Shown here piece by piece: positions 56,758 through 64,000 of a DNA stretch of 64,000 nt. Below the pieces are notes generated by a model, which was given only the letters and a program-made list of their open reading frames with translations, made no database searches and was not told the DNA's origin. Every line of letters begins with the position of its first letter. Within the stretch, counting starts at the first letter, position 1. Position numbers and translations under genes: made by a program. The stretch lies in IMG/VR virus record IMGVR_UViG_3300021400_000063, one strand, 5' to 3'. The DNA comes from a virus (taxonomy: Duplodnaviria > Caudoviricetes).

Positions 56758-57367
56758 TAATTTTGGATCCGAATTTAAATGGACTCCTAATGACAATCAG
56801 AAGTACGCAAGTGAGACAACTAATCAGTCGCCTCGTAGGGAATTTAAACCTAATGAAGAATCTGTTAAAGTTTTATATACTGATGGTGGTTCTCGTATTT
56901 TGAATACTCCTGATGGAAAACGTTACATTGGTGCATGGTCTTTCTATGATACTGAAACAAATGAAGTTCATGGAAAAGCTGAAGACAATGCAACTAATAA
57001 TCAGATGGAATTAATGGCTGCTATTAGAGCCATCGAATACCTAAATAACAATGGTGTTCCTAAAGATAAATGGGTAACTATTTATCTTGATTCCGATTAT
57101 GTAAGATTTGGAATTTTATTCTGGACTAAGAAATGGGTTAAAAATAACTGGATGAAAATTAATAAAGACGGTCAGTCTGAACCAGTTAAAAATGTCGAAT
57201 TATGGCAAGCTCTTTATGAATTAAATTCCGAACGAAAAATTTATTGGCTTCATGTTCCAGGTCATTCTGGGGACGAAGGTAATGAAAAAGTAGATATCAA
57301 TTGTGGTATTCTCATGGATAAATTCATAGAGAATGCTGGAATTGAAATCTTAAAGAAACAATCATAA
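56744..57367 (+). CDS. rnhA: Ribonuclease HI
   Basis: YTDGG, TNNQMELMAAI, LDSDYV, VKNVELWQ, HVPGHSGDEGNEKVD; all four catalytic carboxylates present. Confidence 0.95.
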   Translation: METIDNFGSEFKWTPNDNQKYASETTNQSPRREFKPNEESVKVLYTDGGSRILNTPDGKRYIGAWSFYDTETNEVHGKAEDNATNNQMELMAAIRAIEYLNNNGVPKDKWVTIYLDSDYVRFGILFWTKKWVKNNWMKINKDGQSEPVKNVELWQALYELNSERKIYWLHVPGHSGDEGNEKVDINCGILMDKFIENAGIEILKKQS

Positions 57368-57462
57368 TTTAAAAAGAGAGGATTTATATCCTCTCTTTTT
57401 TTGTTTATTAAATATGTTAATTTATATATTATATTTATAGCTATATAAGGAGGTAAGTTAAT

Positions 57463-58557
57463 ATGGCAAAAGAATTTTTAACTGTAGAAGAAAATGCTGC
57501 AGAAATTGAAAAGATTAAATCTTCTATTTCGATGGATGATTTAAAAGAATTGAACACAATTGTTGTTCATGGTGGTACATTTCACCTTGATGATGTATCA
57601 TTTGTTGCTGAGATAATTGAGGTTCGTAATGAACTTGGAATCACAATAGTTCCAGAAATTATCAGGGTTTCAAGAAACGATGTTGAAAAAACAATTTCTG
57701 AGTTAGAAGCTCTGAATAAAAAATACATCATTGGTGATATTGGTGGTGGAGTTTTTGATCATCACGATCAATTGGTTGTTCGTAAACCTGTTATTGGTAA
57801 TTCTAGTATGCTGCATTCATTTGTAGAGAAAAAACGAATCGAACAACCTTATACAGCTTCATCAAAGCTTTGGCTTGCTATAGGGCCAAAATTAATCGGT
57901 GAAGAATTCGCATCAAGAGTTGATAAAGATTTCTTTATGGCTTTAGATGCAAATGATAATTTTGGATCAATAAAAACTGATATCATTTTTAATGGTGGAT
58001 ATCCTAAAATGCAGAATCCATTATCATTAGCTATCAACTGGATGAATGTTGATCCTAAAGACCCATTATTACAAATGGATGCTTTTATGAAAGCTGTTGA
58101 TTTTATAAGAACAATTTTCAAAGGTATGATAAGTACTTATAAGAATTTGAAAAAATCTTATGATGAAAATCATGTTGGTGAGATTGAAGAGAAAGCACAA
58201 GAAGATAAATGTGTAGCAATTCTTGATAAATATGTACCAAGTATTCTTTTCAATCCTGAAAAGGTTTACTACATTGTAGAACCTGCTAACAATCCTGGTT
58301 GGTGGCAAGTAGCTACAACTGATAGTGATGCACATCCAATAATTCGTAGAGAGTTATTAGAGGATATTAATCATCAATTATATTTGGATTTACAAAATTA
58401 TGATAAATCTGTAGATTCTGGAGAAATTCAAACACAGAAAGTCTTCTTCCATAAAACTGGTTTTTTAGCAACTTTCCCTAAAAAGGAATGGGCTGAGATG
58501 GTAGCTTATGAAAGTAGACAAGTTTGTAATAGAATAATAGTTTCTCCTAAGTGGTAA
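57463..58557 (+). CDS. MYG1-family (UPF0160, DHH-like) nuclease/phosphoesterase
   Basis: VHGGTFHLDDV, GDIGGGVFDHHDQ, LDANDN, FFHKTGFLA. Confidence 0.85.
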   Translation: MAKEFLTVEENAAEIEKIKSSISMDDLKELNTIVVHGGTFHLDDVSFVAEIIEVRNELGITIVPEIIRVSRNDVEKTISELEALNKKYIIGDIGGGVFDHHDQLVVRKPVIGNSSMLHSFVEKKRIEQPYTASSKLWLAIGPKLIGEEFASRVDKDFFMALDANDNFGSIKTDIIFNGGYPKMQNPLSLAINWMNVDPKDPLLQMDAFMKAVDFIRTIFKGMISTYKNLKKSYDENHVGEIEEKAQEDKCVAILDKYVPSILFNPEKVYYIVEPANNPGWWQVATTDSDAHPIIRRELLEDINHQLYLDLQNYDKSVDSGEIQTQKVFFHKTGFLATFPKKEWAEMVAYESRQVCNRIIVSPKW

Positions 58558-58569
58558 ACTAGTAATATA

Positions 58570-58602
58570 AAGAAGGGGGAGAATAACTCCCTCTTCTTTT
58601 TT
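58570..58602. terminator. Bidirectional terminator at the strand switch
   Basis: AAGAAGGGGGAG / CTCCCTCTTCTTTTTT between convergent genes. Confidence 0.8.
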
Positions 58603-58617
58603 TATTTGTTAAATAAT

Positions 58618-60000
58618 TTATTTAACAACTTTAATCATTGCAGCTACAGCTTTAACAACGACTTGTTCCATTTTTGTACAAACTTTAAGAGCAGAAGCTA
58701 ATACTGTAAGTGTTGTATAGAACTCAGAAGCATTACCTTTACCAATTCCTGAAATGTAAGAATTGATATTGTTTTCGAATTCTGAACAAACTCTAACCAT
58801 TACAGTGTGTGGTTTTTTAAGATCATTTGGAATTTTAGAAATAGAATCAACTACATGATTAGCCATTTCATCTTTACGCATATTATACATTTTCAAATAG
58901 TTAGATACATTTTTATGCTTATCAGGTGAGTTTTTATATGCTTCTACGTCTGTTTCCAATGTATTATCACGTGTAACACCAAAAAGACTTTGGAGTACAG
59001 CATAAGCATTGTCTGAACCTTTTTCAAATGTAAGATCTTTATTTGCAGCATCAAGTGCAGCTTTAATAGATTTAGCATCTGCACGGGCAGCAAGAGAAGT
59101 TCTTCTATCAGCAACACCCTTTACAATTGACGATGTAGCATCGATAGTTTCAATAAGAGCTTTTCCTTCTTTTTCCATAAGTTCATTTCTACGACCATTA
59201 GCAATTGACTGATCTTCTGTTTTACCATTAACTGTTTTAACTTGTCCAGCATTTCTAAGTTTAGTAGCAAAAGAATTTACAGTTGAAGATGTTTTTTCAT
59301 ATGATTGAGCGAACTTCTTAATTCCATTAGGACTAAACTTAGTGAGATCGACAAAAACTTCATAATCAAGATTAAGTTTTGTTTTTGTATTTGCTTCTCG
59401 ATTTCTAATATCACTAGCAGTTTCATTAGCTGTATTTGAATTTGAAGAACCGTTAGCATTTACATTAACGTTACCTGTATCAGTTGTTTCTGTAGTTCGT
59501 TTTCTATTAAACAAACCTTTAATTTTACTAATAAGACCCATGAAAACTTTCCAAATTTCATCAAAGAAATCTTTAATAGCTTTGAAAACGGTTTTAAAGA
59601 ATCCAAGTTTTTTAGTTTCTGTTTCTGTTCCTGGATTATCAGCAGTTTTTTCATCTCCAGTATTAACACCAGCAGCTTCAGCATTATCTTTAGCTTCAAG
59701 TGACATCATGCGACAAAGTGATTCTACAGATGTAGCAGCAGCAGTTGGAATGCCGGAACGTTTACCGTAATTAGCAGAAAGCTTTTTACACATCTTAATT
59801 TTATCAGCAGCATTCTTAGCTTCGATCATTTGGAATGTATCGAGGAATGCAAGGTTTTCTTCAGATTTAGCTAAATCAGCAGAAAGAATATCATCAAAGC
59901 CATCATATCCTTCGATAGAAGCTTTGTATGATTTTTTAGGAAGAGATACCATACCAGTACCATCCTGGTAAAGTGCTTCAAGGCTTCTTGAATTATCCAT
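58618..60000 (-). CDS. Probable internal head/ejection protein, paralog of 62309-64000
   Basis: ATG at 60000 after AAGGAG; propeptide-like region with SLE, SIE, SEE, SVE, SLE then amphipathic helix GFFKTVFKAIKDFFDEIWKVF. Confidence 0.7.
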   Translation of the reverse strand: MDNSRSLEALYQDGTGMVSLPKKSYKASIEGYDGFDDILSADLAKSEENLAFLDTFQMIEAKNAADKIKMCKKLSANYGKRSGIPTAAATSVESLCRMMSLEAKDNAEAAGVNTGDEKTADNPGTETETKKLGFFKTVFKAIKDFFDEIWKVFMGLISKIKGLFNRKRTTETTDTGNVNVNANGSSNSNTANETASDIRNREANTKTKLNLDYEVFVDLTKFSPNGIKKFAQSYEKTSSTVNSFATKLRNAGQVKTVNGKTEDQSIANGRRNELMEKEGKALIETIDATSSIVKGVADRRTSLAARADAKSIKAALDAANKDLTFEKGSDNAYAVLQSLFGVTRDNTLETDVEAYKNSPDKHKNVSNYLKMYNMRKDEMANHVVDSISKIPNDLKKPHTVMVRVCSEFENNINSYISGIGKGNASEFYTTLTVLASALKVCTKMEQVVVKAVAAMIKVVK

Positions 60001-60095
60001 GTTTAGTTTCTCCTTATAAGGAATAAAAATTTGTATATACAAATCTTATAAATGAAAACTTCATTTATAAAGATAAGGCATATTTATATAAAAGG

Positions 60096-61412
60096 TTATT
60101 TATTCATTTTATTAACCTTTTTTGCAATTTCACTTACCTGATGAGCATTAGAATTTAAACCTTCTCGATAGAGTTTACCATTTCTAGCACCAGCATGTTT
60201 TTCTTCTAGTTTAGAAATTTTTCTATCAGTAGCAGTTTGAACTTGACCATCACGGTAATCGTTTGTATCTCGTTTATACTGAGCACCATTCTTATAACCT
60301 TTATCTCGAGAAGCATTTTCAGTATCAAGCATAGACTTAATTGCTAAAACTGCTAAACGATCGATTCTAAGAATCATATCATAATAAACATTGATACAGT
60401 CGATAAAATAAGTTTTTCTACCAAGTAATTCTTTACAAGCAACATTTATACCATCCCATATAGAATCGATGATTTTAGCTTCATCAGATTTATTAGGATT
60501 GTTACTTGCTTTAAATTCTTTGATAGCATTTGATTTTGATAACTTGATATCATTCATAACCTTTCCATCTACAGTTTTACTTAAAACTGAAGAAGTCATT
60601 CCGATTACACTGAAGACATCTTGTTTATCAGAATCTGCGAGAATTCTAAAAGATTCAGGACTAGTAAATACTGAAGTTACAGAACGTCTAGAAGGATGTT
60701 CTTCTGGATTACTTACAAACATAGTTACAATCAAATGATTTGCAGGAGGATATCCTTTTAAAACCATATTTTTTGCAGTGTATCCATAAACTTCACGTTT
60801 GCCATATCTTAATAAGATATTAGCAATTTTAAATTTAGTAGCATTGAGAATCTTATCTCGCCATGAAAGTTTATTTTGGTCAACTTTCTGACCTTTTATA
60901 TTTTGACCTATGTACTCTTTAACATATCCATTTACTACAGAGATTGCACCTTCAGCTGTCGTCTTAGTTTCTAATGCCTTAGACATATCCAAAACTTGTT
61001 TAAACAACTTATTTACATCTGCTACAATATCACGAATATATTCTTGAGCTGGGCCTTTAAGAATATTTACAGGATCATCAATCATTTCGTTTTCAAAAAC
61101 GTATGAATCTGATCCATATCTTGAATATAACCCGCCTTCTACTCTATCTAAATAACGTTTATAAAAACCTAAATTCTTTCTTTGATTTTTCCAAAGTTTG
61201 AAACGTTTATTTAGATTATCTACTTTTCCTGGTAACTCTTTTAATTGATCAAAAACAGAAGGCTTTTCAGCTTTCTTAGCAGCTACCATATGTGAATTTT
61301 TTTCTACGGGTTTATTAGAAGCAGAAACTTTTTGATTTTCATTCAGTTTCTTTTTTTCTGCGACTTCCGCTTCTACAGAATATAGGAAGTCTTTATAAGA
61401 AGTCGTTTCCAT
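60096..61412 (-). CDS. Probable virion protein
   Basis: 438 aa; N-terminal FLYSVE; late-type promoter at 61430-61442 (minus). Confidence 0.6.
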   Translation of the reverse strand: METTSYKDFLYSVEAEVAEKKKLNENQKVSASNKPVEKNSHMVAAKKAEKPSVFDQLKELPGKVDNLNKRFKLWKNQRKNLGFYKRYLDRVEGGLYSRYGSDSYVFENEMIDDPVNILKGPAQEYIRDIVADVNKLFKQVLDMSKALETKTTAEGAISVVNGYVKEYIGQNIKGQKVDQNKLSWRDKILNATKFKIANILLRYGKREVYGYTAKNMVLKGYPPANHLIVTMFVSNPEEHPSRRSVTSVFTSPESFRILADSDKQDVFSVIGMTSSVLSKTVDGKVMNDIKLSKSNAIKEFKASNNPNKSDEAKIIDSIWDGINVACKELLGRKTYFIDCINVYYDMILRIDRLAVLAIKSMLDTENASRDKGYKNGAQYKRDTNDYRDGQVQTATDRKISKLEEKHAGARNGKLYREGLNSNAHQVSEIAKKVNKMNK

Positions 61413-61429
61413 AAGATACTCCCTAAAAT

Positions 61430-61442
61430 TATATTATTTTGT
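61430..61442 (-). promoter_or_regulatory. Late-type promoter
   Basis: Reverse complement ACAAAATAATATA. Confidence 0.65.
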
Positions 61443-61448
61443 TCATAT

Positions 61449-62228
61449 TTACTTGCATATTTGTTCAGAATATACATTTAATGAACAATAATTAGGTAAT
61501 GGAAGATTTTTATATTTTTCCAATACTTCATAAATTTCTTCAGTCATGCCATTATGATCTTCAGGTCCTATAATAGCTATCTTTTTAAGATTGTTATTTA
61601 TAATATATTCATAAGTTCCTTTAATATTAGGTGTTATTATACTATTATAATTTCCTTTTTTCAGAATTTCATTAAAACCACCATCAGTTTCACTATAATA
61701 GAATTTAATATTTTCTAATGGCATTTTTGTAAAAATAGCTTCTTTAAAACCTGCTCTTAACATTTCAGCATTTTTAAAATGATAAGGAAAATAAATACCT
61801 ATTCTTTCGTAAAAATTATTAATTTTAACCATAGAATTAAATACCATACTTTTTAATGATATTTCCATTATTTTCCAATAATATTTACGTTTAATTTTAT
61901 CAATTTCTTGAGGTTTTAAAACATTTTCAAAGATTTTATAAACATATTCTATACCATAGACATAATCATTTGGTCTTGTAAAGAAATGTTCAAAATCAAT
62001 TTTAGCATCAGTTTTAAATAAAGCATTAATAACTTCTATCAAACCTAAAGAGGTATATTGACAAACGTCATCCCAAAAGATTAAACATCTAATTGGTTCT
62101 TGGTTTACAACTTTATACATATCTTTAAGTTCACCATAAGTTACTTGGTTATCACCCATTTGTAAGACAGTATCATCCTTCAAATCAGGATCAACTTTCA
62201 TTTTTAAGTTAATATCATCTTCTCTCAT
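61449..62228 (-). CDS. Hypothetical protein (possibly degenerate HAD-like fold)
   Basis: 259 aa; CLIFWDDV weakly resembles HAD motif I. Confidence 0.7.
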   Translation of the reverse strand: MREDDINLKMKVDPDLKDDTVLQMGDNQVTYGELKDMYKVVNQEPIRCLIFWDDVCQYTSLGLIEVINALFKTDAKIDFEHFFTRPNDYVYGIEYVYKIFENVLKPQEIDKIKRKYYWKIMEISLKSMVFNSMVKINNFYERIGIYFPYHFKNAEMLRAGFKEAIFTKMPLENIKFYYSETDGGFNEILKKGNYNSIITPNIKGTYEYIINNNLKKIAIIGPEDHNGMTEEIYEVLEKYKNLPLPNYCSLNVYSEQICK

Positions 62229-62240
62229 TATTAATCTTCC

Positions 62241-62253
62241 TATATAATGATGT
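62241..62253 (-). promoter_or_regulatory. Late-type promoter
   Basis: Reverse complement ACATCATTATATA. Confidence 0.65.
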
Positions 62254-62308
62254 AAAATTGTAAAAAATAAAGATCCTGGAATAAACCAGGATCTTTAATT
62301 ATTTTAGA

Positions 62309-64000
62309 TTAGATATAATCTTCAGGATTTAAAAGCCAAGATTCTTCACCTTTATGTTTATTAATCTTATGCTTATAATTATCTAACAATTTCTGAGCTT
62401 TTTCAGATTTACCAGCGTCTATAAGTTTTTGAGCTTTGTTTTGAATTCCTTCTCGTTCTTTACCAGCTTTAGCAGCAGCTTTAGCAGCCTTGTTTTCATT
62501 TTTCTGTGCTATTTTAGCATCTTTTTCTCTTTGTTTATATTCATCTCTATTCTTTTTATCTAATGTTTTTTGAGCTTTATTATGTAAAACATGATCTTTT
62601 GCTAAATGGGTATTTATTTCTTTGCCAGCGGCTTTTTCATCTTTATCAAGATTTTTATTAGTAGTAAATCCATTTTCATCAGCAAATTTATTACCTTCTT
62701 TTTTACCACCAAATTTTACACGTTTAGATACATATGAATTAAAAGCCGCGCGAACATCTTTATTTGTGTTAGACATAATTGAAACGACTTTAATAGCAAT
62801 TTTAATAATGTTATTCATCATTTTGAATGTAGTCATTGTAATAGATGCCCACTGATAAACGACTAATTCATCACCATTATCATTTGTTGTTTCTCTAGTT
62901 ACCAATTCTCCAGAATTATTCATAAGTTTTCTATCTTTATGTTTTAAATAATCTTGGAATTTCTTGTCTGATTCATTAACACTTCGTTCAACATTATTTA
63001 ATGTTGTGTTAATATCAGTTAAGCCTTCAGAAACAGCTGAAATAATTTTATCTATAGCCGAAATATTATCAGTTCCATAGATATCTTTATACATAGCATG
63101 TTTATCTTTTGTAACTTTTACACAAGGGTTTCCTGTGAAAATTTGAGCATAAGCATCAGGATCATGTTCCCAAGATAATTCCATAAGACAATTTTTGAAT
63201 TCTTTATTAAATGTTGCCAATGATTCTTTTGACACAGTTCTAATAGGATTAGGAACATGACTTGTATTAGGCATCATCGTTTTAAGAACATTATAAACAT
63301 CATTAATAGATCTAATAAAACCATCATAACTTTGGCTTCCAGTTTGAAGTTTATTATTGTATTTTTCAAGATCTGATGATTGAGAACGTAAAATATTTCC
63401 TACATGTTCCAATTCTTTAGTTGCTTTTGAAAAATACCGAACACTTTGTTCGCTTATTTTGATTTTAGAATTATTAGCATCACCTTTATCAGTAGCATAT
63501 GTACTAGATGTTTCAGCCAATGAATCCCAAATATCTTTTGTATCAGCAGGTGTTAATTGTGCTAAAGCTGCACTATTATCAGATTTTGAAAATTTAGATC
63601 TAATCCAATCAATTTTTTCACGAATCCATCCAACCATTTTTTCAAACAAACGTTTGATAACCGACCAAACTTTAGATAAGAAACTATCACGTTGTTCACC
63701 AATTTTATCATTAGGTAGTTTAGCAGGATTAGCACCAGATGTTTCACCAGTAGCTTCTTTAGTAGCTGCCTCTTCGAGAGACTGTTCAATAATAAAGTTT
63801 TCTACAGATTTACCATAATTTCCAGGTACATTTCTTGTATGTACATGGAGTTTTTTCAACATCTTAATCTTTTGATCAGCATTATAAGCATCGAGTTGAT
63901 TATATGTTTCAGCAAAATTTACAAGGTTTTCTGTAGAAGCTATTTCAAGACTCATAGAATCAAAATCGCCATCGAAATTTGTTTTCTTAGTATTGAAAAG
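62309..64000 (-). CDS. Probable internal head/ejection protein; true start probably beyond the window end
   Basis: Frame stays open from 63955 to 64000 (LFNTKKTNFDGDFDS-M); ENLVNFAETYNQLDAYNADQKIKMLKKL matches ENLAFLDTFQMIEAKNAADKIKMCKKL of the paralog; SLE/STE/SVE sites; amphipathic SFLSKVWSVIKRLFEKMVGWI. Confidence 0.7.
   Translation of the reverse strand, partial: LFNTKKTNFDGDFDSMSLEIASTENLVNFAETYNQLDAYNADQKIKMLKKLHVHTRNVPGNYGKSVENFIIEQSLEEAATKEATGETSGANPAKLPNDKIGEQRDSFLSKVWSVIKRLFEKMVGWIREKIDWIRSKFSKSDNSAALAQLTPADTKDIWDSLAETSSTYATDKGDANNSKIKISEQSVRYFSKATKELEHVGNILRSQSSDLEKYNNKLQTGSQSYDGFIRSINDVYNVLKTMMPNTSHVPNPIRTVSKESLATFNKEFKNCLMELSWEHDPDAYAQIFTGNPCVKVTKDKHAMYKDIYGTDNISAIDKIISAVSEGLTDINTTLNNVERSVNESDKKFQDYLKHKDRKLMNNSGELVTRETTNDNGDELVVYQWASITMTTFKMMNNIIKIAIKVVSIMSNTNKDVRAAFNSYVSKRVKFGGKKEGNKFADENGFTTNKNLDKDEKAAGKEINTHLAKDHVLHNKAQKTLDKKNRDEYKQREKDAKIAQKNENKAAKAAAKAGKEREGIQNKAQKLIDAGKSEKAQKLLDNYKHKINKHKGEESWLLNPEDYI

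Noticed and set aside
815-63818. Many 60-180 aa ORFs nested in or antisense to long genes (e.g. 815-1072, 12317-12703, 13568-13873, 39983-40444, 43190-43741, 63459-63818)
   Set aside because: No RBS or promoter motif, and compositions typical of off-frame or antisense shadows of AT-rich genes. Only 13271-13726 was kept, because it has an SD and coherent protein architecture.
1-64000. tRNA genes, CRISPR arrays, group I introns, inteins, stop-codon reassignment
   Set aside because: Intergenic gaps are short and explained by terminators and promoters; no repeat-spacer array or cloverleaf seen; RNAP, PolB and helicase ORFs are uninterrupted; genes end normally at TAA and TAG.

Overview
Very AT-rich, densely coding 64 kb segment of a phiKZ/AR9-like jumbo bacteriophage, read with the standard genetic code. 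All family assignments come from motifs recognised by eye; no searches were run. Recognisable genes: type IIA topoisomerase subunit A (5' end cut by the window), a PhuZ/TubZ-like tubulin, four pieces of split multisubunit RNA polymerases (three behind late-type promoters, so probably virion RNAP; one behind an early-type promoter, so probably non-virion RNAP), a portal protein, a divergent family B DNA polymerase subunit, a GroEL-like chaperonin, an SF2 helicase, RNase HI, a MYG1-family nuclease, a HAD hydrolase, a P-loop kinase, an HExxH peptidase, a T5orf172-like nuclease, a probable SSB and several probable head/ejection proteins with S-x-E sites. Two phage promoter classes can be read directly from the intergenic DNA: TTATATATT (about 18 copies) and ACA-N4-WATATA (12 copies). 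Best leads: (1) two nearly fully overlapping membrane/coiled-coil genes starting 4 nt apart behind one Shine-Dalgarno, resembling an inverted spanin pair; (2) a dispersed family of small gene cassettes sharing a leader hairpin with compensatory base changes, one flanked by a duplicated terminator; (3) a probable -1 programmed frameshift at 41452-41458; (4) an 11-aa leader resembling a capsid-targeting sequence shared by a HAD phosphatase, a kinase and neighbours; (5) a toxin-like domain in a probable virion polyprotein. No tRNA, rRNA, CRISPR array, intron or intein was recognised.
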